From: Octopus bimaculoides
Lineage: Eukaryota
NCBI RefSeq assembly: GCF_001194135.2
Contig: NC_068986.1
Coordinates: forward strand, 1,337,039 to 1,401,038
DNA length: 64,000 nt
Direction of reading: 5' to 3'
Shown: piece by piece, positions 14,461 through 27,007 of the stretch
How positions within the stretch are numbered: position 1 is the first letter of the stretch
Layout: each line of letters begins with the position of its first letter
Notes under the pieces: generated by a model
The model's input: only the letters and a program-made list of their open reading frames with translations
Databases searched by the model: none
What the model was told of the DNA's origin: nothing
Translations under genes and position numbers: made by a program

Positions 14461-14936
14461 ATGAATTGGGCTGACAACACCATCTAAATTATGTAACAGG
14501 TGTTTCACACAAATTGACATACAGGCTATTGACATTAAGCTTTGATCTGAAGAAAAGAAAGGTTCTAGCTACAGCTGAGAAATAGTCTTTGATGTTTCAG
14601 GACTACTTCTCTGCTTGAGAGAGAAATGTTTTCTGTCATATTTTCTGTTTGTTTTCTTTCTCTCAGACAAAAGAACAGCTTCCTCTTTTATCCCTGACAT
14701 ACAAACTTATTCAAACTCAACAGTTTCACTGGGTAATTTTTGTTGACAACAGACCACCAGCAGTTTCTTTGAACTCTGTTTCTTTTTCTTCTTCCTTTTT
14801 TTTTCCCACCTGTATAATGTTTATATATCAGCCCTTACTGAAGAGTTAAAGCTATTTTCTTTTCTTTTTGGGAGAACTCTATTTTAAGAAATATATATAT
14901 ATATATATCTATATATATATATATCTNNNNNNNNNN

Positions 14937-15014
<78 letters not shown>

Positions 15015-16283
15015 CATCGACATATATATTGATTTTCACAATCATATATATTCATTCACTATTCATCTGTGTGCATATTGATTTTTATTAACATATATTC
15101 ATTTGCTATTCATGTATGTGTTAATCTTTCTCTCTCCCCTCTTTCTCCCTCTTTCTCTTCTCTCTCTTGTGTATGTGTGTGTGTGTGTGTGTATAGATTT
15201 AGATAGATAGATAGATATGGACACATATATAAAGATGTGTGTATGTGTGTGTATGCGTGTTGTATCATAATCTGTTTTTATGACTGGTTATATTGAATTG
15301 TAATGTTGTGGTTTTTTCCTTTTTTGCTTTTCTTCATGCTTTAGTAGCAAAGAAATAATAAAGTAACTTTGAAGGGAAATACAACTCAGAAACCGAATGA
15401 TATATTACTATACACAGATGCAGAAATAAAAGAATTAGACCATGGTCTAACTTAAGGATCAATGAACTAGATTAAAAATATATTAATCTGAGGAGGTGAT
15501 TCACCTTTACTGGTGATGGTGACATTATTGATATCTGATGCAGAAATGAATAAAATGGTTAGGAAAGAATATTATAGATGCTTCAGGTTAATATTTAAAA
15601 ATAAACTCTGCTAAATAAATTCTAGCAGATCTCAAGACCATAGCTGTTCCAGTAATCAGGTATTGTTACAATGATGGAGGAAGCTCTTCCAGTTGAAGTT
15701 GTCTCTGTAGTTTTCACCTTACTAAGTGCAGGCCTGGACAAGGTCGTTTTTTGTTGAAGTCTGGTGGTTGCCTATGCATGCAAGTCTCTTCTCTCATGCG
15801 TAAAATTGGTGGAATCATCTGTGCACTGTACAGAATTATGGTCTTTGTTCCAACTCTCTGCATTCTAAGTTCAAATGTCACTGAGTTCAATTTTGTTTAG
15901 GCCTCATAGAGGGGCAAAGTGGCCAAGTTCCTTTCGAGTGTTGGGCCTCACAGACGTAATGGATGGCCAAGACCTTTGGCATTATGTCATGCTTGAGAAG
16001 AGGACCCATCAAACCAAGCAAAATCGCAGTCATGGCAGGTACTAGTGTCATGCAAATGATACCCATGCTGGTGGCATGTAAAAGTGCCCATTACACTCTT
16101 GGAGTCGTTAGTGTTAGGAAGGGCATCCAGCCATAGAAAACCATGCCAAATCAGACTGGAGTCTGGTGCAGCCTTCTAGCATGCCAGCCCAGTCAAACTG
16201 TCCAACCCATGCCAGCATGGACAATGGACATTAAATGATGATGATGATGATGTTAATGATCCTTTTGAAGTTGATTAAAATAA

Positions 16284-16712
16284 GGTGCAGACATGGCGTA
16301 GCTGTGTGATAAGAAGCTTGCTTCTCAACCACATGGTTCCAGGTTCAGTCCCACTGTGTGGCACCTTGGGCAAGTGTCTTTCACTATAGCCTCGAGACAA
16401 CCAAAGCCTTGTGAGTGGATTTGGTAGACGGAAACTGAAAGAAACTCATTGTATACATATCTATCTATATGTGTGTGTGTGTGTGTGTGTGTGTTTCTAT
16501 GTGTATGTTGTGTCTTTGTGTCTGTATTTGTCCCCCAGTCACTGCTTGACAACCAGTGTTGGTGTGTTTCCATCCCCGTAACTTAGTGGTTTGGCAAAAG
16601 AGACTTTTAGAATAAGTACCAGGCTTAAAAACTAAGATTTGTTCGATGAAAAATCCTCCAAGTTGGTGCTCCAGCATGGCCACAGTCATATGACTGAAAC
16701 ACAAGTAAAAGA
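16284..16712 (+). mobile_element. tRNA-derived SINE, family A, near full length
   Basis: Head with B-box-like ggttcagtcc, body ccttgggcaagtgtc, internal (TG)n and 3' segment; followed by (GAATGAGA)5. Confidence 0.85.
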
Positions 16713-17774
16713 ATGAGAGAATGAGAGAATGAGAGAATGAGAGAATGAGAGAATAACTGGATGTGATGTCTGTAGAGGAGGTCAGCTGTGGAATGAAGCG
16801 CCTAAGAGAACCTGTGAAAGAAGAACAAGAAAAACCGAGGTAAGAATAGTCTGACCACAAAGGGATGAACTTCATGAAGATAAAAGACTGTGACAAGCAG
16901 GGGAAACACTATGCAGGAGAAGTTCCACCCAACTCATGCAAGCATAGAAAAGCAGATGAAAAAATGGTTGGGATGCTTGATGTCCACATTTAGATGGTTC
17001 TTGATTATTTGTCCATAGCACTCTTTTTCTCTCCCACCCCACCACCTACATAATGACAGATGGATCTATATTCAGTATTCACTCATTCATTTTACAGCCA
17101 TATTTTTCTATGCTTGGATGGGTTGGACAGAAATATGATTGAGGCCTTGCTTTATGGCTGGATGCTTTTCTTTGCCTGTTTTATAGGTTATCTCTTATCT
17201 CATGCATCTGCAAAGAAGGCACAAAGTGAGCAGACAAGTTGTTGCCAAGGAAAGTAACAACATCCTTCATAACAACTGTTGTAGAAAGCAAATGTAAACA
17301 GATGCATGCACACACATTTAGAAACATACACACACAAACACACACACATACATACACACACACACATTATCATCATCATCATCATTATCATCATCGTCTG
17401 TTTTTCCTTGCTCACATGTGTTGGGTGATTTGACAGTATCTGGCAAGCTGCAAGGCTGTGTTGAGCTCCAGTGTCAGCATTAGCATGATCTCTGCAGATG
17501 GATGCCCTTCCTAATGCCAACCACTTTATACTATGTACAAGATACTTCTTTTGTGATATGGGTACTAGTGAGGTTGCCATGTAACATGGAAGACAGAAAC
17601 GTAACAAGGAAAAGCAAAAGTCTCATTCTGCTAAGTGGAGAGTATTTGAGAGGGAAAGATCCTGTTTAAGACAGTTTGGTATTCTCTGTAAATGCACAAA
17701 AACAGTTTTAAGGGCTCCATACTTTGTATTGTTGTTATTGGATTAGTGAAACAATTATGAGAACAGATCCAAGG

Positions 17775-17820
17775 GATAAGCTCCACTTTTCCGGGAATAA
17801 CCGGGTACATCAGCTAGTAC
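17775..17820 (-). mobile_element. Terminus of a non-autonomous Helitron/Helentron-like element
   Basis: Minus strand tactagctgatgtacccggttattcccgg. A matching opposite-type end (aaattggttgg..cagacagacac..tatatatatagat) occurs at about 23595-23695. Confidence 0.4.
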
Positions 17821-17894
<74 letters not shown>

Positions 17895-17955
17895 AATATA
17901 TAAAAACAAAAGGATAAAGAGAGCAAAGGTAAGGTTGAAGAATTTTATGGATAGA

Positions 17956-18004
17956 GTCTTACAGCTGTTTCTGGGAAGATCCAGTACTTCCGTTCATCGG
18001 AGAC
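17956..18004 (-). ncRNA. Degenerate minimal type I hammerhead ribozyme motif (Penelope-type)
   Basis: Minus strand GUCU-CCGAUGA-(ACGGAAG..CUUCCCA)-GAAA-C-AGCU-G-UA-AGAC: 4-bp stem I, palindromic stem III, GUA triplet. U4 is C and the base of stem II is mismatched. Confidence 0.55.
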
Positions 18005-18401
18005 AGAAAAAATAAAGTTATCTATTATTATATCCATAGGCGGATATTTTTAGTATGAAGTGGTAAAGAGTGTGATGTGCTGAAAAAAGAGAGAACAATA
18101 CTTGAAGAGTAGTTTCATTCCAGTGGTAAATATCCGTGTAGAAATTAGTGCAGATTAATCCTTGTGTGAATAATCCGGAAAATTTATGTTGGAACGAAAG
18201 TTGATATAGCTTAGGTGGCAGAGGTATATATATTCCATTTTGCAATAGATTTTTGCTTGTTTACTTGAAGGATGTCCAAGCCAAGTGAAAAGTTAGCGGT
18301 AATTAGGTCAAGTCAAGACGATAGAATTTGGAAGGGGATAGAGTGGTTAAATCCAATACCCTCCTCAACCTTATATATATATATATATATANNNNNNNNN
18401 N

Positions 18402-18460
<59 letters not shown>

Positions 18461-19189
18461 TATGTGAGTGTGGCAGATGGCTTCCACATAGTTTGTTTCT
18501 ACCAAATTATGCCCACAAAGTGTTGGTTAACTTGAGAATATAGTAAAAGACATTTGCTCAAGTTACCATTCTGTGGGATTGAACCTGAAATACTACAATT
18601 AGAGAATCAACTTCATAACAACACAGCCATGCATATCAGCCCCCCACTCATCCTTTTTCGTTTGTTATAGCAAACAGTTTTTAGTCTAAAGATATTTATT
18701 TAAAACATTTATTTGTTCATATTGTTATTTTAGGGACTTGAAAATTAATGTTATCATGTGAAACTATAAGATATAACATATGTAAAGGTACTTAAGATAT
18801 AACATGAAATATTTTCTAACAGTTATTGCAACTGAGTACAGTTAGGTCAGTATTTTGTAACTACATAGGGCAGAGCAAATAGCTGAGACAGCCGGTCACT
18901 TGACTGGATTCATCACATAATTTAATATCAACTTTCTATATTCAACTTCTGTCAAACTCTATGATGAATGTGCCTCAAAACCCCATTAATTACACCATTT
19001 GTGTAGCATTGTTCCTTGGGATTTCTGTTCCTTACAGGAATATGTGGTCTTTAAAATTTACACTGTTATCCATCCTTAAAACCTAAACAGCTCCAAAGAG
19101 ATTCGTTTAGGATAAGTCTTACCAGACGTTAAGGGCTTGTGTAAGCCATAGCACTGGCTCTTCCTCCAAACCCAGTAAGTTAAAAAAAA

Positions 19190-19500
19190 TTGTGTTGGTA
19201 TGGCTGTATGGTTGGAAGTTCACTTGGGAGCTGAGTGACTTTGGGTTCAGTCCTAATGCACAGCATCTTGGATAAGTCTCTTCTACTATACCTCCAGGCT
19301 ATTACATGTGTGTCTGTATGTATAGTTGTGTTTGTCCCTAATTGATTGACATCTGGTGTTAGTTTGTTTACATTCTTGTAACTGAGTGGCTTAGCACAAA
19401 GAGACCAATGTAAGTATCAGGTTTAAAGTAAGCACCAAGGTCAGATTAATCAAGGCAGAGCCTCAGCGTGGCTGCAGTTGAGCAAATGAAGCATGTAAAA
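19190..19500 (+). mobile_element. SINE family A, diverged (another at about 19987-20170 +, and 18465-18632 -)
   Basis: Recognisable head and body despite divergence. Confidence 0.65.
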
Positions 19501-20432
19501 GAATCAAAGAGCAGAATTGCAAAACTAGTTATAAATGTAAATGTCTGGAATATTTTATTTAAAAAGTTTTTTTTTTTAAACTAAATTTGACACTTTAAGC
19601 AGAATGTTAAAAGTGTAGAGGATTTTGGCAAATGAGCTATAACATCATTTTGAAATATTTATATAGGAAAAAATAGAAAAAAACAATGAAAACCTTTTAA
19701 TTTTGACTTCACTAAAATAACAAATTCACCAAAATAGTTGAACAAGAAAGAACAAAATATTTGTGCACATGTTTAAAATATTTAAACTGTCAGTTAAAAT
19801 CAAATATAATGAGATTACATAAAAAAAAATGTTACTGTCACAACAAGTCTGTTGATAGCATGCTGCTTATATTTGCCATTAGTTATTAAATTCATGATAA
19901 TTGATAAAATCATTAAATATTTCAAAATAAAATCGTTTTTTTTTTTCATTAGTTACTGTTTTATAACGAAAATATGTGTAAAAATGCAGGTATAGCCATG
20001 TGGTTAAAAAATTTGCTTAGAAACCATGTAGTTTTGGATTCGATTCTACTGCACAGCACATCATCTTTGGCTAGTGTCTTTACTTGTGGCCTTGGGTTGA
20101 TCAATACTTTCTAATTGGAACTTGATAAATGGAAACTATGTGGAGGTTCTTTGTATGTAAATCTGCATGTCTCTGTTTATGTTGCATTCCTTTTAGTCCC
20201 ATAACTAACTCAGTACCATCTTGTTTGAGAAATAACCCAAAAACTGTGACACACAGATATTGTTTTGAGCTGAGTGGGGGTGCTAGATTCCCTTGTTTGA
20301 AAATATGAGGACACAGATTGTGTCGTGTAGCCAGCTGGAGATGATGTCTCCTGGGGCTAAATTACAGCAACATTCGTCCTAAACTAGGACTGCAATATTA
20401 TGTTGGCAAACAATCTTTACTACAATAGATAA

Positions 20433-20645
20433 TCTTTTCTACTTTAGGCACAATGCCCGAAATTTTGGGGGAGGGGGTCAGTCAATTAGATTGACCCCAG
20501 TACGCAGCTGATACTTAATTTATCGACCCCAAAAAGTTGAAAGGCAAAGTCGACCTCAGCAGAATTTGAACTCAGAATGTAAAGACAAGACGAAATACTG
20601 CTAAGCATTTCGCCCAGCATGCTAACGTTTCTGCCAGCTCACCAC
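20433..20645 (-). mobile_element. tRNA-derived SINE, family B
   Basis: Reverse complement of gtgagctggcagaa.cgttagca..gggcgaaatgcttagc..gagttcaaattc..gaggtcgactttgcctttca. Confidence 0.85.
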
Positions 20646-21683
20646 CTTAAGATATAGATAATCAGATAAATGAATTTTTTAATATTGTTCAGTTGAAAAG
20701 ATAACTAATCAATTGGTGATTCTTATCTATTAGTTTAAGGTTACTTCTTTCTTTCATTGTCATGATAACCAATATAATTTTATTCTTCATTGTTATAGAT
20801 TGACTTAGATTTTTCATTTGACCACATTTTTTAGTATTCCATTTGTTAATGACAAAAACGTGGTCTTAATTACGTAATGGGTGAGGTGTTTTTGTATGTA
20901 TCAGTTTAATTACTTTGGAAATAGATGTAGTTTTCTCATTAAATTCATGTTGTATGAGTTCATATGAGTCCATTTTTTGGATTATTATGTCGTTAGTACT
21001 GAATTAAGATGAGCAGATATTTCGATCGGGAATATTTAAATCACAAATATATTACAAATTATATATTTGTCAATATTGATGTTTAAATCACATTAGAAAA
21101 TTCATTTAACCCATTAAAATCAGTTTGTTAGTACAATAGCATTCTTAAATAAGTATAAAAATTGACCCAAAAGATCAGACTCATTTTCCACTGTATACTG
21201 TATCATCCATTCAAACTGTAATTAATCTAGACTTCAGAGTTGTTTCCCTTGCCTTTTTTGTCAAAGATTATAATTAACCCTAATGATATTTCTTTTCATT
21301 GCCAGCATAATTTTAGATGATTAAAAAATGTATGGGCTTACGACATAAAGTATATTAAGCCTCCCCCATTTAACTAAATGAGTGAAGTAGTGATTAAAAC
21401 TCTTTTCTCTTTCAAGATGAAAATTGATTATGGAATTTTCTACTTGCTTTCAAGAGTTAATACTTCACACTAATATTGATTGCATATTGTTTGTTTTGTT
21501 TTTTTTTTCTTTAATTTCATCTTAAGCTATTGATAATTAGCTAACATATAACATTAATGGTATTAATGATGAGAAACTTCTGTCTTTTTGCCTGTTTCAT
21601 TCCATTTACTAATGTGACCTTTAAAGTCATAAAACTATTTACTCCAGTTGAGAAGACAATTTATTTTTGATTTTAATCTTTAG

Positions 21684-21792
21684 GTACATTCTGAAAACAG
21701 CAACAATAACAATAACGTGCACTCAACAACTAATATAAACAGAAGTCTGCATCATCGCCAAAATTCTCCATTTAAACGACATTCCTACCCTG
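21684..21792 (+). CDS. Espin/forked-like gene, internal coding exon A (VHSENSNNNNNVHSTTNINRSLHHRQNSPFKRHSYP-)
   Basis: Acceptor ttttaatctttag|G and donor CTG|gtaagt. 109 nt; only phase 0 is open. Ends in phase 1, matching the acceptor at 28630 (G+TT=Val). Confidence 0.75.
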
Positions 21793-22399
21793 GTAAGTAT
21801 ATGTTTTTATTCAGTGGCTTATCTGTTTTTTTTTGTTTGTTTTTGTTTTTTTAGCTACTCAAGTTAGATATGTGTTGACACCGATATAGAGACTGTTTAC
21901 TGTTGATAATTTCTGAAATGAAGCTAGATTGGCAGAATTGGTTGAGCAACAAACAAAATGCGGTGTGATCATTAGTTAAATCCTTTTATGTTTTGAGTTC
22001 AAATCCTGCCGGGGTTGACATTCCCTTTTATCTTTTGAGTGTTAGTAATTTCTGCTATCAAGATGAACTGAAAGATTAGGAGAGTGATGAACAAAATACC
22101 TTACATTATTTTAGTTAAGTCCATTTTCATCTGGATTTGAAACCCTGCTGAGTTCAGTTTTGCTTTCCTCTCTTTTGAGTATTGACAAACTAGAGTACTA
22201 ACCAAATACTGGAGCTATTCCAGTCTACTGTGACCCCCACCACCAGCTCTCTCTCTCTCTCTCTCTCTCAAATTTATGTTCTCTACTTCCCACTATTGCT
22301 GCCTCTACTGTTCACTAATGTATCCCTCACAGCTGCAGTTGCTACTGTTTATCAATCTGATCTCTACTGCTCACAGCTGTATTTTCTACTGTGCGCACC

Positions 22400-22750
22400 G
22401 CCTTTAGTCAAGCAAATCGACCCCAGGTCTTATTCTTTGTAAGCCTAGTACTTATTCTATCGGTCTCTTTTGCTGAACCGCTAGGTTACAGGGACGTAAA
22501 CACACCAGCATCAGTTGTCAAGCAATGTTGCAGGGACAAACACAGACACACAAACACACACATATATATATACATATACATATATACGACGGGGTTCTTT
22601 CAGTTTCCATCTTCAAAATCCACTCACAAGGCTTTTGTCGGCCTGAGGCTCTAGTAGAAGACACTTGCCCAAGGTGCCATGCAGTGGGACTGAACCCGGA
22701 ACCATGTGATTGGTAAGCAAGCTACTTACCACACAGCCACTCCTGCACCT
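22400..22750 (-). mobile_element. SINE family A, near full length
   Basis: Reverse complement of the consensus seen at 16284. Confidence 0.85.
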
Positions 22751-22768
22751 ATATATATATATATATAT

Positions 22769-23330
22769 NNNNNNNNNNNNNNNNNNNNNNNNNNNNNNNN
22801 NNNNNNNNNNNNNNNNNNNNNNNNNNNNNNNNNNNNNNNNNNNNNNNNNNNNNNNNNNNNNNNNNNNNNNNNNNNNNNNNNNNNNNNNNNNNNNNNNNNN
22901 NNNNNNNNNNNNNNNNNNNNNNNNNNNNNNNNNNNNNNNNNNNNNNNNNNNNNNNNNNNNNNNNNNNNNNNNNNNNNNNNNNNNNNNNNNNNNNNNNNNN
23001 NNNNNNNNNNNNNNNNNNNNNNNNNNNNNNNNNNNNNNNNNNNNNNNNNNNNNNNNNNNNNNNNNNNNNNNNNNNNNNNNNNNNNNNNNNNNNNNNNNNN
23101 NNNNNNNNNNNNNNNNNNNNNNNNNNNNNNNNNNNNNNNNNNNNNNNNNNNNNNNNNNNNNNNNNNNNNNNNNNNNNNNNNNNNNNNNNNNNNNNNNNNN
23201 NNNNNNNNNNNNNNNNNNNNNNNNNNNNNNNNNNNNNNNNNNNNNNNNNNNNNNNNNNNNNNNNNNNNNNNNNNNNNNNNNNNNNNNNNNNNNNNNNNNN
23301 NNNNNNNNNNNNNNNNNNNNNNNNNNNNNN
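22769..23330. other. Assembly gap (N run)
   Basis: N run flanked by (TA)n. Confidence 1.
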
Positions 23331-23331
23331 N

Positions 23332-23372
<41 letters not shown>

Positions 23373-25013
23373 TACAAAGATGTATATACATACGTAGTGA
23401 AATAAAAATGAAACTATTGAAAGGGAAACAAAATAAAAGTGAAACTATTATATCACATTACAACAGAAATGTTATTTTTTCACTTTTGGCATGTAATACC
23501 GAAACAGTGTAAGAGATTGCTCTGGGCTTGCATTAAGTAAGAAGTTTAAAAGTTTTCTCACCCATGACACTCCATGGACCCTAAGTAAAGCATGTTTAAA
23601 ATTTGAATGAAATTGGTTGGGTAGTTCTAGCGTTTTAGTGATGCACACGTACACACAGACAGACACATACATTATAAGTTTTATATATATAGATATATAT
23701 AAACATGTATGATTGTATGACTTAGAAACAGTTTACATGAATGACTTACATTACTATATGCCTTTATGCATATTTGTTTAGAAGTTCTTTCTTGAGTCTC
23801 CTGTATATTATAATACATTTTTATATTCTTCATTAAATTTATTCTTTAAAACATAAGTTTATTTATTTATATGAAGACTTATTTTCCAATTCTATAACTT
23901 TCAATCATTTTATAGTAATGCATTAAAAACCTACATGTGGTGAAAGCATATTAGCAGGTGCCAATAATTTTTGTTGCTGTGAAGAGTGAAAATTCTTGAT
24001 ATTTCAGGCATAGATCCTTAAACCTCATGGGAACTAAACTTATTGACATGTACATTCTGGCATTTTATTAACATTGTTGTCAACACAGATTTTCTGCCGT
24101 TTCCTCAGATTTCAAATTTTACACTTAATCAATACAAAGCACTTACATTTTTCATTACTTGAAAACCATATTTGTTTCTTCTGCCTCGTGGTAAGAACAA
24201 CATTTTATTTTTAGCACTGCTTGTTGCCATAATTTGATTATCAAATGACAGTTTGCAGATTTGTAATTTTAACACAAACTTTCTGAAAGATTATATTATC
24301 TCATTCTCTCCCTAATGGAAATTTTCAACCAGTCAAGAGTGGCTAACTGCAATCTAAATGCAGAATAATTGGTTTTAAATTTAGTTTGTTTTGTTTTGTT
24401 TTTGCTTTTGTTCTTGTTCTGTTTTTCTTCACTGGAGTGAAAAAATAATGAGATGAAAGTGCCAAGCCAAGCAACAGCAAGATTTGTTTGAACTGATAAC
24501 AGCCATTCAGGGAATGTATAGAGTTTTGTTCTGTAATTAAACTTTGCTGCAATAATAAAGAAACTAGTACCAGTTTCAGTTTGCAAACTAGCTAATAACG
24601 TGTGTGTGTGTGTGTGTGTGCCTTTATTTGAAGGTATGTGGCCAGGTGATTAGGTTGTTGTATTCATGATCACAAGATCATGATTTCAATTCTGACTCAG
24701 TGGTGCATTGTATTCTTGCTTCTTCATTTCACAATGCTTCAGTCCACTCAGCTGTAAATGAATAACTTTGTAATGGACTGGTGTCCCATTCTTGGAATAA
24801 TGTTGGGATCTTAGTTACTTATATGCCATGAAAACTGGGTTACCAGAATTATGAGTTCTAGGGCTCAGGACAGTAATGCCCAAGGGTTTTGCTTTCTCTC
24901 TAGGCACAGGTGTGGCTGTGTGGTAAGAAGTTTGCTTCCCAACTACATGGTCTTGTGAGTGTATTTGGCAGACAGAAACTGAAAGTAGCCTGTTGTATTT
25001 ATATGCATGTGTA

Positions 25014-25082
<69 letters not shown>

Positions 25083-25206
25083 GTATGTATATATATATAT
25101 ATATATATATATACATACATATATACATATATATATTTATATAATTATGATAATAATATCAGGGAAAAATTCAATTTAATTTATCAAAATTGAATTAAAT
25201 TTCACA

Positions 25207-25240
<34 letters not shown>

Positions 25241-25560
25241 CTCATGTCTCCCAACAGGGCTGTTTAAACCTTTGGCATTTAAACAGCTATATCTGACTAA
25301 ACTGGCAACCCCACCAGGCCTGCTTTGTGAGGTGGGTGCTTGTTGAACACCCTGCGGGACAAAAAATAAGACCTGCCAAAGGGCGGAGGAACTACAATGT
25401 AGTCACTGGCCATTCAACTACATGTGTTTGTGGAGTGTTTGTGTGTGTGTATTGTATATATTGCATTTTAAACTGTGTATGTGCATATTGTATATATTTT
25501 ATTTCAGCATGTGTGTGTACATATTGTATATTGTGTTCTTAAATTGTATATATATTGTAT

Positions 25561-27007
25561 GGCGGCTTAGCTTCTAAGCCCAGCGGAACTGCTACCACTG
25601 ATGGGAGAAGGGGCAAAGGTGGGTATCTGACACCTCAAAACCAGTTGCTTCAGGCAGGTGGGGGCTTGTCAACCCAGGAGGGCAGCCCACCTGGGGGAAG
25701 GGAAACCCTGATTTCAAACCTCTGTCATCTTGTGGGATACCTGGTCACAGGGAAGGCTTCAGGAGTAAACCTTAAGGAAAAATCAGGAGTCAGAGCCCCT
25801 AAAGCAGCTTGATGTTGACTTCAACTTCATCCTGGCTGCTCCTGCAACCATGTTGGCACCAAACTGTAGCAGCCCACTGTTCCTTTGGATTCGTCAGCAA
25901 GGTGGAGAAGGGGGGAAAAGTGCATGGGCAACAACCTGTTCTCCATACTACATTGCCCTGGCTCACATCCGTCCACGCCATCATTAAACATGCACACCTG
26001 CACCTGGAGAGGAAACTCCAGCTTCACCATTTATTTGATGTCAACACAACACAGGAAGCAGCAGGTACTGGTTATAAGCCTTTACTCAATTGGCGTAGAG
26101 TGTGGCACCAGGGGTTGCTTCTGTCGGTGGGAGAGATCTTCGAGTCTCATTGGACAGCTACCACCCGCCTCGAGTTACGCAGACCCCAGCCAGTAAGGTG
26201 TTGTCCTGCTGTGGCTTGCTTTCCCCATTGGGTGCATGAGGGATTAGGAGAACATCCGACAAGCAGATTGTCGACTACCGAACCAGGTAAAAGCAGAAAA
26301 GCTATCAAAAAGTGACCAGTTCTAAAACTGGAACATTGGAATGTCCGGACAACGATGCCTGGCCTCTCTCAGGACCTTCAGGACATCATTGACACCAGGA
26401 AAACAGCAGTCATCAACAAGGAGCTCAAGAGACTGACATATCAATATCGCTGCTCTGCAGGAAACATGGTTAGCCAATGAAGGCACACTGAGGGAGAGAG
26501 ACTACACATTCCTCTGGAAGGGAAGAGCTCTGATGAGCTCAGAGAACATGGAGTAGGCTTTGCAACAAAGAACAGCTTGCTGAGAATGGGAAAACCAGGC
26601 ATCAGTGGCTCTGAGTGGCTCCTAACTCCCCACCTCAACACTACCAAAGGCCCTGTCACCCTCGTCAGTGTGTATGCCCCAACAGTGTTCACTGCCCCGG
26701 AAGCTAAGGACAAGTTCTACGAGAACCTTGTATCCACTATCAAGAGCATCCCCATTAGTGAACAACTATGGATTGGTGAAGAGAAGCTGTCAGCTGCAGC
26801 TGTGGAAACTTGAGCCCAATGTAAGGGATCAACAGCCGACAGACCAGAATCCATACACAGATGCGATCTATGTGACCGAGACTGTCATTCTCACATTGGT
26901 CATCATAGCCACAGGAGGCACTGCTCAAGCCGAGCGACCCAAACAAGACAACAAATGGACAGACGTGATACCCATGGTCAGCCATGACTGAACGTGGCCT
27001 AAGAGGA
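25561..27007 (+). mobile_element. Internally deleted RTE (BovB-like) LINE: 5' UTR, APE endonuclease and C-terminal Cys/His tail, no RT
   Basis: HWNVRT..., INIAALQETWL, EHGVGFA and VSVYAPT...KDKFYENL (26320-26768) are joined directly to GEEKLSAAA...HRCDLCDRDCHSHIGHHSHRRHC. Confidence 0.88.

Noticed and set aside
25809-26315. 168-aa ORF and overlapping ORFs as a gene
   Set aside because: Lies in the 5' region of the RTE element; no recognisable host-gene homology or splice pattern.
26528-26546. CTGATGAG motif as a hammerhead (also 1324, 29525, 46131, 62654)
   Set aside because: No GAAA or stems in the right positions; several lie inside coding or LINE sequence.
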